From a virus: DNA of 64,000 nt. The translations under genes and the position numbers were made by a program. Below the pieces are notes generated by a model, which ran no database searches, was not told the origin of the DNA, and saw only the letters and a list, made by a program, of their open reading frames with translations. Numbering within the stretch: the first letter of the stretch is position 1; every line of letters begins with the position of its first letter. The stretch lies in the IMG/VR virus record IMGVR_UViG_2974641675_000001, positions 66,260 to 130,259 of that record; one strand, 5' to 3'. This document shows, in pieces, positions 1 to 8,595 of this stretch.

Positions 1-1324
1 CAGGAGCCCACCAGCCGCGAGTTTCCAGCAGCACCTTCCAGTCGTACCCCATAGCGATCAGATCGTCGTAGAGTTCCTTAGGAGTGCACAGATACTCGGG
101 AGAGATGTCATGCCACAGATAGGTGATCTGCAACATCTCGGCGGCGAGGTTCAAGCCGCGCTGCAGTTCGGGGTGTGCGTCGATCTTGCGACGTACCGCG
201 GTACGCGAAAGAGCGATGTCCGGACAGAACTCCAGATAGTAGTTCTGTACGTTGCCACCCAGTCCCCAGCGCTTTTCTTCTTTGATGAAGTGGAACTCGC
301 TCAGCGATGGCAGCACACCTTCTTGCTGCGATACGATCAGGCGCACTGCCATGCCAGACGGACCAGACTTACTGCGCAGCTGACGCACCGTTACTTCGTT
401 CAGGTCGGTGTCGCCAGTGAGGTCGTCGTCCTTGTCGCGCGGGTATTCCGGCGCCTTGGTGGTCTGGTTGCGCAGCGGCGCAGCGTTGTAGCAGTGCCAG
501 CAGTTGTTCATCACGAACGTGAACTTCTCGGGTACACCCTTGAGCTTCACGCCACCCTGCAAGTGCTGCAGCTTCTTCGGTGGTGGATTGCGCGGGTCCA
601 TCGAGAATTCGTTACCGATGTGCGCGGTCATCATCACGTAAGTGTAGGAACCGCCCGACAAAGCCGGCACTTCCATCAGGAAGCGGTTCTTTTGCAGCCC
701 CTGACGCATGGAAACGGTGTTCGCACCGGATTCACCGAGAGAGTTCTCGTCCTGCATCTTGATCACGTCTTGCGTGACGAATTCCGACATCGAGTCGACT
801 TCGATCAGAGTCGGCTGGATGATCTTCAGTGGATTACCATTGCGATCAAGGAACGGAGACTGGATGGAATATTTGCTCTTGTCCTTGATCTTCATGTTCA
901 TGAAGTCTTTAACGGTGTCGTACCACTGGTCGCCGTGATACACCGTTTTATCAGTGATCTGCCAGCGACCGGATTCGATCACGTCCTCACCCTTGAACAG
1001 CGGGTTGGACGTAGCCATCCGTTGCAAGTGCCACTCGTGGATGTTGATCTCGGTGTCATACGTCGACATCCCCGACATCGGACCCATGCGCGCCATGGTC
1101 GTCAGACCAAAGTAGTGCATCACAGTGGACTTGAAGTTGTTGCCGATGCCCACAACGCCAGTCAGGAAGCCCAGACCGCCGTTGAGAATCATCTCCCCGT
1201 GCTTGCCCTTCAGGTATTTACCCGTCGGAATGTCCATGAGGGCGCCAATGTTGATCATGACTTTCACATTTGGCGCTTGTGTGAGGCCCGGCATCAGTGG
1301 GGCCGAAGTTTGAGGTGTTGTCAT
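1..1324 (-). CDS. uvsX: UvsX/RecA-like recombinase (phiKZ gp152-like), 3'-truncated by the window edge; not in the ORF track
   Basis: Manual translation from ATG at 1324 gives MTTPQTSAPLMPGLTQAPNVKVMINIGALMDIPTG...LTGVVGIGNNFKSTVMHY (variant P-loop) ...STYDTE...IEVDSMSEF (Walker B-like), open to the window edge. Confidence 0.8.
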   Translation of the reverse strand, partial: MTTPQTSAPLMPGLTQAPNVKVMINIGALMDIPTGKYLKGKHGEMILNGGLGFLTGVVGIGNNFKSTVMHYFGLTTMARMGPMSGMSTYDTEINIHEWHLQRMATSNPLFKGEDVIESGRWQITDKTVYHGDQWYDTVKDFMNMKIKDKSKYSIQSPFLDRNGNPLKIIQPTLIEVDSMSEFVTQDVIKMQDENSLGESGANTVSMRQGLQKNRFLMEVPALSGGSYTYVMMTAHIGNEFSMDPRNPPPKKLQHLQGGVKLKGVPEKFTFVMNNCWHCYNAAPLRNQTTKAPEYPRDKDDDLTGDTDLNEVTVRQLRSKSGPSGMAVRLIVSQQEGVLPSLSEFHFIKEEKRWGLGGNVQNYYLEFCPDIALSRTAVRRKIDAHPELQRGLNLAAEMLQITYLWHDISPEYLCTPKELYDDLIAMGYDWKVLLETRGWWAP

Positions 1325-1512
1325 TTTGATGATGGGAAACCGTTGGTGAATTCGGATGGGAGAAATTGGGGAAATTTCCCCGGTCATTAGATTTAGACGA
1401 CAGTATTTTGTGACAAAATCACGCCCCCTGGGCAATATGATTTGACACCAAACGTGTGCTTCACGCTTCCTTTGTAGCGAGAGCACCTCTTTCTCTTATT
1501 AACAGGAAAATC

Positions 1513-2361
1513 ATGAAAGCACTCCACTTGGAAGAACCCACAGGAATGGCGGCGCTGGAAGCGCTGGATTCCACTGCGGCTCTTGAAGCCTTCTCGCTGC
1601 GTGCGGTAGCCAACCGTGCAGCTGACATCATCCCCAACCTCTCCCATGCCTTCAACGAAGTGCTTTCCTCGTACAAGGGCGACAAGTACGACTTGCGCCC
1701 GCTGTCGGTGAACAAAGTCGTGCTGGATAAGGCACTGGACGGTGCCAACTATCTGGAAGTCGGCAAGCTCAATGTGTTCGTGCCGCAAGGCTTCATCGGC
1801 AACTTCAAACAGTACCTGGGTGTGCTCGATCAAGCGCTGAACTTCACCAACAGCATCCAAGCCCGGATGGTTGAGTTCAATCAGCTGGTTTCGGCTATGA
1901 TCACCGACAAGAACACCCGTCAATCGACGAAGGATCTGTCGACCGCGACTTCCAGCATGGAGCGTCAGCGCGAGGCAGTACGCGAGCAACTCGATGGCTT
2001 CCAACTCGGCGGTAGCCGTTCGGATCGCGCCCTGTTGCAAAACACCTTCAGCTCGCTCAACGAGATCAAGGAATGCGTGTTCTTGGCTGCCGACCTGCTG
2101 AGCCGCGCTAACCAAGTCACGCTGAACGAAGTCGAAGTGATGACCCGTGATGCCGCTGAACTGCTCAAGGCCCTGGGTGAACAAGCGATGGAAGGCAAGG
2201 TCGAAGGCATGTCACCGGAAGCCTACAAGAACCTGTCGTCTGCTACGCTGACCATGGCTCGTGACGTGGAATTGCACGCGCTGCTGATGTACGCCGTGTA
2301 CCAAGTCAAGAAGTCGGTGGAACACACTTCCGACGCGCTGATCCAAGCCCTGCGTTACTGA
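1513..2361 (+). CDS. Probable internal head protein with an N-terminal propeptide
   Basis: AGGA RBS before ATG 1513; N-terminal AALEALDSTAALEAFS repeats the A-x-E head-protease motif. Confidence 0.6.
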   Translation: MKALHLEEPTGMAALEALDSTAALEAFSLRAVANRAADIIPNLSHAFNEVLSSYKGDKYDLRPLSVNKVVLDKALDGANYLEVGKLNVFVPQGFIGNFKQYLGVLDQALNFTNSIQARMVEFNQLVSAMITDKNTRQSTKDLSTATSSMERQREAVREQLDGFQLGGSRSDRALLQNTFSSLNEIKECVFLAADLLSRANQVTLNEVEVMTRDAAELLKALGEQAMEGKVEGMSPEAYKNLSSATLTMARDVELHALLMYAVYQVKKSVEHTSDALIQALRY

Positions 2362-2373
2362 TCGATAAAACGA

Positions 2374-2423
2374 CAGCATAAGACCCCGTACTGGCCTTGT
2401 GAGCCAGTACGGGGTTTATGACG
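2374..2423. terminator. GCATAA/TTATG-flanked bidirectional hairpin
   Basis: CAGCATAAGACCCCGTACTGGC...GCCAGTACGGGGTTTATGACG between convergent genes. Confidence 0.65.
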
Positions 2424-2442
2424 GTGCAGAAGAGGTATCTCC

Positions 2443-2847
2443 TTACGCCGCCGCCGGATGGTGGATGGCCAGCAGCGTTTTGAAGTCTTTGAGCATGAAG
2501 GCATCGGATGCATAGCGCAACCAAGACGGGATGTTGCGCACGAATTCGGCAGCGGCTTCGTCTTCCTTCTGCTCACCACGGATCGCCGTTTTCGCCACTG
2601 CTGTGCACTCATCAAGATCGTTCGAGATGAATTTGCCAAGCTTAGCTGGGAGATCCAGAGCGCTGTTATCCTTGCACAGTGCAAAAGCACCATTCAAACG
2701 ATCGCATTGCTCCTTGGTGAATTGCTGCGCTCCGCACATCTTGCCGTACAAGGTACTCCAGAGTACCAGACGTTTGGTGTGGGCGGGCAGCACGGTGGAA
2801 ATTGCCTTCAGCGATTTGGTTACGCTTTGGACAAAAATGGGTGCCAT
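2443..2847 (-). CDS. Hypothetical protein (134 aa)
   Basis: Fills the gap between a hairpin and RNase H; no recognisable motif. Confidence 0.6.
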   Translation of the reverse strand: MAPIFVQSVTKSLKAISTVLPAHTKRLVLWSTLYGKMCGAQQFTKEQCDRLNGAFALCKDNSALDLPAKLGKFISNDLDECTAVAKTAIRGEQKEDEAAAEFVRNIPSWLRYASDAFMLKDFKTLLAIHHPAAA

Positions 2848-2932
2848 GTTTAGTTCACTCCGTTAGGGGCGGCTCATTAGACCGCCCTCTTCTCGGTTTC
2901 AAGAATGGAGATAACACAGGCTCTGGTAGGGA

Positions 2933-4534
2933 TTACTTCGCCTTCGCTTTAGCGGATGGTTTCGCCGTAACGCGAATACTGGAATTCACCCCAGACCAAA
3001 TCCCGACATCATCTCCGGCCTCAATCACGACCGCGTACATGAAAGAACCACCGCCCAAGTTGTTGGTCAGCAACCACATCTTGGGATGTTTGTCTTCCAA
3101 ACGCCGCAACGCATTACGGTCAGGCAGGTCAATGCCGAGTCGCAGCGTGATATCACACGATTTAACTTCGCCATTGGATTCTTTCCACTGCGCTTGCGTT
3201 TTGTGCTTGGCGTAGCCGACGATGATTTCCGGCTTGAGTGAACACACCGTTTTGGTACGCGGCTCCTCACCTTTCTTGACCTTTTCCGCGACTTCCTCGT
3301 AATTGAAGAACTCGCTAGTGATCTCGGTGGTTTGCAGCGTGGCCTGATCCGGCTTCTTGTAGTTATCCAAGAAGTCAGAAAGGATGTCCATGTTATCGAA
3401 TACACGGTCAACCAAGAACGGTGGCATGCATTCGGTGGTAACGAGCACCTTGCCGAATGTCTGGAGGTGGCGTTTGTGATCCACCACGCGATGCAGGAAG
3501 TCAGTCCCGTACAGGTCAAGGTAACGACCGGCAGCACCATAGATGTTGTCGAGGTCGAACTTGAACTTGTAGTCGACTTCACGCGGCAAAGACACCTGCT
3601 TGGCAATGACGTTTTCGAGGTAACGCTGTGGTTCAATGCGAACCACGGAGAAACCATCGTCAGCCGTGCGTTTGCCGTCCAGATCCGAATCCTTACCTTG
3701 TGTGCTCATGTAGTATTCGGTCCGCTCGCCTTCGGCAGCATCGATACCGAGATAGCCATAGCGCTGGCACATCATCGGATGACGCAGATCCGAGCGCGAC
3801 GCCCAATAGTCCGTCGCTTCAGAGATACGGAAGCTGGTATCCAGTTTGGCTACATCTTTCGGATACTTCGACGTGATGCGTGCTGCTGTGGCCAGATCGT
3901 CAGCTGAGTTGTTACCGATGCAGGTGCCGTGGCCTTCCACCCATTCGAAGTGAACTCGGATACCGCGTTCACGAATAGCCTTACCGATACGATCAGCACG
4001 TTCCCACAGTTCCTTGTTCTTGACGGTGGTGCCGTCGCGACGAACGAAGTTGTTGTTGAGCCAGTTGGCCAGATAGGTGTTGTGGCCGTCAACCACGTAC
4101 CGGCTGTCCTGACGGATCACGATGATCGCGGTCTGATCAAAGTCCGGCTCGGTGATGATACGTTCCAGGCAATGGATGGCGCCCAGCAGTTCAGCGGTGT
4201 TGTTGGTGCCGCCGTATTCCAGCGGGATATAGCTATCGTAGTACCGTTCGATCGGTACGCGATGTTCGAAGTTGGGGGCATTGCCCGTGGTGCCGTCCAA
4301 CCATTCCAGAAACGCTTCACGCGTCATTTCGTTGACTTCGTTCTTGAAGTCTTTGCTGGCGAACTCGAACGAATCGCCTTTGGAGATGTACCCGCGGAAT
4401 GTGGCGGAGTGTGTATTGTGGCCGATGCCCTTAGCCGTCAGACCGAGATTCCAGCGATAACCGTGCAAGCCAGCACCGCTGTATTCGTTCTGCGGATGAC
4501 ACCCGCCGTCGGGGTAAAAGACGTAACCGAACAT
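2933..4534 (-). CDS. rnhA: Ribonuclease HI-family protein with a long C-terminal extension
   Basis: Motifs YPDGG, TNNTAELLGAI, QDSRYVVDG, FEWVEGH and GNNSADDLA match the RNase HI D-E-D-H-D residues; start trimmed to MFGYVF. Confidence 0.85.
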   Translation of the reverse strand: MFGYVFYPDGGCHPQNEYSGAGLHGYRWNLGLTAKGIGHNTHSATFRGYISKGDSFEFASKDFKNEVNEMTREAFLEWLDGTTGNAPNFEHRVPIERYYDSYIPLEYGGTNNTAELLGAIHCLERIITEPDFDQTAIIVIRQDSRYVVDGHNTYLANWLNNNFVRRDGTTVKNKELWERADRIGKAIRERGIRVHFEWVEGHGTCIGNNSADDLATAARITSKYPKDVAKLDTSFRISEATDYWASRSDLRHPMMCQRYGYLGIDAAEGERTEYYMSTQGKDSDLDGKRTADDGFSVVRIEPQRYLENVIAKQVSLPREVDYKFKFDLDNIYGAAGRYLDLYGTDFLHRVVDHKRHLQTFGKVLVTTECMPPFLVDRVFDNMDILSDFLDNYKKPDQATLQTTEITSEFFNYEEVAEKVKKGEEPRTKTVCSLKPEIIVGYAKHKTQAQWKESNGEVKSCDITLRLGIDLPDRNALRRLEDKHPKMWLLTNNLGGGSFMYAVVIEAGDDVGIWSGVNSSIRVTAKPSAKAKAK

Positions 4535-4622
4535 AATTAGTGTTTTTCTGCGATGTGTGAAAAGTGAGAAGACGATAGGTGGAAAACTCCTACACACTAT
4601 CGCCTTCCGGGTAAATTCCCCA

Positions 4623-5039
4623 TCACTTAATCACACAACGCCTTACGTAGTCCGCATAGTGCTTTTTCTGCATGTCTGCGTACTCCTTAAGTTGTTGATG
4701 TAGCGCTTGGACATTCCGGAGCGCAATCGCATTGATCTCTTGAGCCGTAGGTGCTGCCTCCAACTCTTTCAGGTCAATGCGCTTGGGTTCAGGCACCGGC
4801 AGCGGAACGTACACACGGCATTCGGGACGAATGTGTGCTTTAACTTCCGGTTCCGATGGAGCTGTCGCCAATTTCACTTCTTTCTTTTCCTCGACACCCG
4901 CAACGCCTAAAAAGACGTCACGGGTGATCGTAGTCCTCGTAGCAAACCGCGGTTCGTACGTGGACGAATGGTAAGTGTTGACAGTGCATCCGGAAAGAAG
5001 GATGCCGAACAGGACCTGGCTGAAAGTGGTGCGAATCAT
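4623..5039 (-). CDS. Lipoprotein
   Basis: Signal peptide with lipobox LLSGC; ATGA overlap with the upstream membrane gene. Confidence 0.7.
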   Translation of the reverse strand: MIRTTFSQVLFGILLSGCTVNTYHSSTYEPRFATRTTITRDVFLGVAGVEEKKEVKLATAPSEPEVKAHIRPECRVYVPLPVPEPKRIDLKELEAAPTAQEINAIALRNVQALHQQLKEYADMQKKHYADYVRRCVIK

Positions 5040-5461
5040 TTTCGAGGTTCTCCATAAAGGACGTTGAGTTCCCTCACAGTTTGCTCGTAGAGCACATCGC
5101 GTTCTGACATGCTCTGGCCAGGGCGGGGAATGGTAGGGAGTTCGTGCTTCTCAGTGGCTGCTGGCTGATGCGGCGCCTGATGCTCGTCGTGGCGCGGAGC
5201 CAGAGCCATCAGTTTCCCGATGACTTTGTAGTTGATGAACAACGACAACATGAGGATAACCAGAACCATGAACAAGAAGCGACGAGATTGCTGCATCTTG
5301 TCTACGCACCAGCGTGCGACGTCGCTTACGAACTGCATTTTCTTATCTTGCTGTTTTCCCGAGGCGCCTTCTTTGGTAGCGTCTTGGTCTTTGATTTTAT
5401 CGCCGACAAACATTTCTTTCAGAAAGGGCCACAGACTAACGAGTAGCTGGATGAAGGCCAT
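5036..5461 (-). CDS. Single-pass membrane protein
   Basis: Amphipathic N-terminus and hydrophobic segment FLFMVLVILMLSLFINY. Confidence 0.7.
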   Translation of the reverse strand: MAFIQLLVSLWPFLKEMFVGDKIKDQDATKEGASGKQQDKKMQFVSDVARWCVDKMQQSRRFLFMVLVILMLSLFINYKVIGKLMALAPRHDEHQAPHQPAATEKHELPTIPRPGQSMSERDVLYEQTVRELNVLYGEPRK

Positions 5462-5536
5462 GAAAGCTCCTTAATTCTGTGTGTATGGTCGGCTATACCG
5501 ACCGGAGATACTCCCCTGTTAGTTACGTAATGGAGA

Positions 5537-6844
5537 ATGAGAGATATGTACTCAACAAAAAGCTTTTGCGAAGTATTTGCATTTGCTTCGAATGAGCCGG
5601 GCGTAACTAGCCCGATTGGCGAACTCACTACTTTTGCCGAGACGTTCACCAAAGAACTCGGCATCTATCACCATAGCTCGCTCGATGGCTATGACCTGAT
5701 GAATTTCAGCAGCGTACAGGACGGCGTCAAGAAGTCGATGTCTCCTGTCAACGTCGATCAGGCTGTTGCACTGGTCGACCAAGTCGTCAAAGCTACGCTC
5801 AGCACGTCGGGCGAGCTGTTCTACGACGAAGTGTTGCTGGCACTCAAGACCAAGGCAGATTCGCTGAATGCGACCTCTGTCAACATGGGTGCAATGGTTA
5901 GCGATGGCACTCACTGGGTGCCGGAGTGGATTTCGTGGGTCGATGCCAATACCGGCGCTGGCGACAATCAGCACAAGGTCTGGCTGGCGCTGGATTCGTT
6001 CAAGAACCAGTACACCGACTACGATATCGTCGTCGTGCCGCCTTTTGACAACCTGGATATCTTCTTCAATCCGGGCTCCATCGTGGAGTCCAACGTCCAG
6101 GCTATCACGCCCACTCAAATGATGGAGCGGGCGGACGCCGCAAAAGCCGGGAATCCCGAGACGGTTCTTCGCACCGATCCCTACGAATACCGTGATCCGG
6201 TGAACACTTCGCGTCGTTTCGATGTCTATTGGACTGTGCTGATTTATGGCGCCGCCGGCAACGATCCGGACATCATTCGCGATGCGCTGGTGACCTACAT
6301 CCTGGCTAACAGTACCCATGGACGTGACGAGTGGGCGACGATTTTCCCGGACATCTTCAAGCGGACTGAATTCATCTTCGCTCCGTTCTGGCTGTCCTAT
6401 GCCGCTGAACAGCGAGTCTTCGATTACGGTATCTACAGTCCGATCGTTGACAATGCCAATCCGGTAGCTTGGCTGACCAACGAAGCCTACGGTTACACCG
6501 TTGATCAGATCAAAGCTGTTTCGCAGGTGATGGGTTTCCCCTATCGCTCGATGCAGATGGCTGTGGTTGGCCACATCGAGAACCGCGATGGCAAGATGAA
6601 GATCACGGACTACTATCCGGACTTCATCAACGTCGGCACGGAATCCACCGACTTCGGTCGCATGTCTTTGCCGACTCAGCAATGGGCTTCGGTCATGATG
6701 GATCTGATTAAGACCGCCGAAGCGATGAACGATTCGACCGATATGCCGCGCGGGATGTACCGCGTGGTTCGTGGCAACAAGACCTACGTCGGCAAGAGCT
6801 ACAACCGCCTCCTGCTGCTGGTGCTGGCCAAGTATAGCAGCTAA
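5537..6844 (+). CDS. Probable virion structural protein
   Basis: 435-aa ORF with GGAG RBS, strong codon bias and structural-module context. Confidence 0.65.
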   Translation: MRDMYSTKSFCEVFAFASNEPGVTSPIGELTTFAETFTKELGIYHHSSLDGYDLMNFSSVQDGVKKSMSPVNVDQAVALVDQVVKATLSTSGELFYDEVLLALKTKADSLNATSVNMGAMVSDGTHWVPEWISWVDANTGAGDNQHKVWLALDSFKNQYTDYDIVVVPPFDNLDIFFNPGSIVESNVQAITPTQMMERADAAKAGNPETVLRTDPYEYRDPVNTSRRFDVYWTVLIYGAAGNDPDIIRDALVTYILANSTHGRDEWATIFPDIFKRTEFIFAPFWLSYAAEQRVFDYGIYSPIVDNANPVAWLTNEAYGYTVDQIKAVSQVMGFPYRSMQMAVVGHIENRDGKMKITDYYPDFINVGTESTDFGRMSLPTQQWASVMMDLIKTAEAMNDSTDMPRGMYRVVRGNKTYVGKSYNRLLLLVLAKYSS

Positions 6845-6858
6845 TGGAGGGCTGAGTT

Positions 6859-7491
6859 ATGGCATTGATCCCACCGGTTGGTACATCCGGCATTTATAAG
6901 CTCGATGCTCCGTTCGCGGCGCAGTTGCAGCCCAACATGTCGTATCGTTGCGACGCCATTCGTCGTCTCTCGGACTTATTGGAACTGGGGATCGATCCCT
7001 TCGCTGAGTTCTACGACAAGAATGGGCTGACGAAAGAGAAGTACGACGCAGACGTGGTAAACCAAGTTTGCATGATTTCTCTGGTGTCGTCAAGCGGTCA
7101 CTGGTTGTATGTACCGTCGACCTACGTACTGGCCTACCCCGATCTCAACGGAGTGCCGTACACGGTGATGGTGCTGGGCTTGGAATTGGGTGCTATTCCC
7201 AATTACAAGGACCTGACTGGTCTGAAACAAGCTCTGGCCAATCTGACGCGCGATACGATTGGCGTGATGCCGACTGTAAAGGAGGTGGCCGTTTCGGCTG
7301 TCTCGAAGCTTTCTCAGGCTGATGCGGATGCCTTGGAAGCTGCGCGGCAGCAGTTGATCACCAACTCCCAAACGGACCGTGCTAAGTTACTGGCAGTGCA
7401 GCAAGCATATGCTTCCCTGCAACAACAGTATGCAGCGCTCGAAGCATACGTCCAGCAACACGCACTGACCCAAGCACCAACCTCGCCATAA
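6859..7491 (+). CDS. Hypothetical/virion protein with a C-terminal coiled coil
   Basis: GGAGG RBS; Ala/Gln-rich helical C-terminus. Confidence 0.65.
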   Translation: MALIPPVGTSGIYKLDAPFAAQLQPNMSYRCDAIRRLSDLLELGIDPFAEFYDKNGLTKEKYDADVVNQVCMISLVSSSGHWLYVPSTYVLAYPDLNGVPYTVMVLGLELGAIPNYKDLTGLKQALANLTRDTIGVMPTVKEVAVSAVSKLSQADADALEAARQQLITNSQTDRAKLLAVQQAYASLQQQYAALEAYVQQHALTQAPTSP

Positions 7492-7501
7492 GCAACATAA
7501 A

Positions 7502-7534
7502 GCCAGGAGGGGAAACCCTCCTGGCTCTTATGCC
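7502..7534. repeat. 33-bp exact repeat hairpin (copy 1; copy 2 at 11092-11124)
   Basis: GCCAGGAGGGGAAACCCTCCTGGCTCTTATGCC is identical at both convergent junctions. Confidence 0.85.
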
Positions 7535-7542
7535 CTTGAAGA

Positions 7543-8502
7543 TTAATCGTTGTCGGTTCCATCCAGATGACCGTGGAAGACTGGAGCAGTAACATCACCT
7601 TCGAATACGGCATCGCCCGTGGCACGAATCTTACCGTTAAGTACGATGTCGCCACCGGAACCATCCGCAGCACCGGTCGTCATACCCTGCGCAATCGCCA
7701 AGCTACCGCCAACGATAGCGTTGCTACCGGACTGGAAGATCTCGGTGGTAATCAGCTGCGGCGTCACGAAAGTAGCTTTCGCTGCTTTAGTAGCGTATTC
7801 ACCTTCTACAATCAAGTTGTACTTCCCTTTCACATTGGTGGTAAAGTCACCCTCAACGTTGATTAGGAGATCTTTACCATCCAGATTAATGAAGGTGCCG
7901 TCGGCATTCTTCAAAAGCATCCGTTTAGCGCCGGAGTCCCAGTGGAAGACGTTTTCGATCGTATCGAGGAACTGGAGCAGACCGTCTTTGGTGTTGATCG
8001 AGATGTCGTAGCCGTAGGGTTCGCCATCAGCTTGCGAGGTATGGAACCGTACCTGCTTGGTATGCGTCGAGATTTCCAAGAAGTAGGTATTATCCTCTCC
8101 AGGAGTAGCGTTCTCATCCTGCGTGCCGCTGAAGCCGAAGATCACTGTTTCCAGCTTACGGAATTTCTCTTCGTACTCACATTCACTCCAGTAATACTTG
8201 TCCGCATCTGCAAACTTCCAGATACAGACCTTTTCGCCCCGGCGTACGTCCGGTGCAGTCTTACGATTCGAGCTGAATGGTAACCACCGCGCTGTCAGCG
8301 TAGCGGACTGGTGAACCGTAGTTTCAAATGAGGCACCGTCGGCATCGGTGCCCTTGTTGTTTGTAGAGGTAAGGTTGTCGGTCAGTTCCCCGTTTGTCAT
8401 GGGAAGCTGCTCCATCGGTGTTACCTGAATCTCTTTCGACGACAGCAGCTTGTTCGCCGCAACAATGCCGTACGAATACATGACAAGCTTGCTTGATTCC
8501 AT
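7543..8502 (-). CDS. Baseplate central spike protein (phiKZ gp164-like)
   Basis: N-terminal OB-fold-like region (PDVRRGEKVCIW), beta-helix-like repeats (INVEGDFTTNVKGKYNLIVEG) and C-terminal HxH metal motif FHGHLDG; start MESSK at 8502. Confidence 0.7.
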   Translation of the reverse strand: MESSKLVMYSYGIVAANKLLSSKEIQVTPMEQLPMTNGELTDNLTSTNNKGTDADGASFETTVHQSATLTARWLPFSSNRKTAPDVRRGEKVCIWKFADADKYYWSECEYEEKFRKLETVIFGFSGTQDENATPGEDNTYFLEISTHTKQVRFHTSQADGEPYGYDISINTKDGLLQFLDTIENVFHWDSGAKRMLLKNADGTFINLDGKDLLINVEGDFTTNVKGKYNLIVEGEYATKAAKATFVTPQLITTEIFQSGSNAIVGGSLAIAQGMTTGAADGSGGDIVLNGKIRATGDAVFEGDVTAPVFHGHLDGTDND

Positions 8503-8595
8503 TGCGTATCCAGAAGAAGGCCAGAGAGTAGGATTTAACACTTTCTGGCAATTTATTGTTGGTAGTATGCACCAAAAACTCAAAGAATTGATCCA

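Noticed and set aside
110-1390. 426-aa plus-strand ORF in the track
   Set aside because: Antisense shadow; the minus strand encodes a recognisable UvsX/RecA protein
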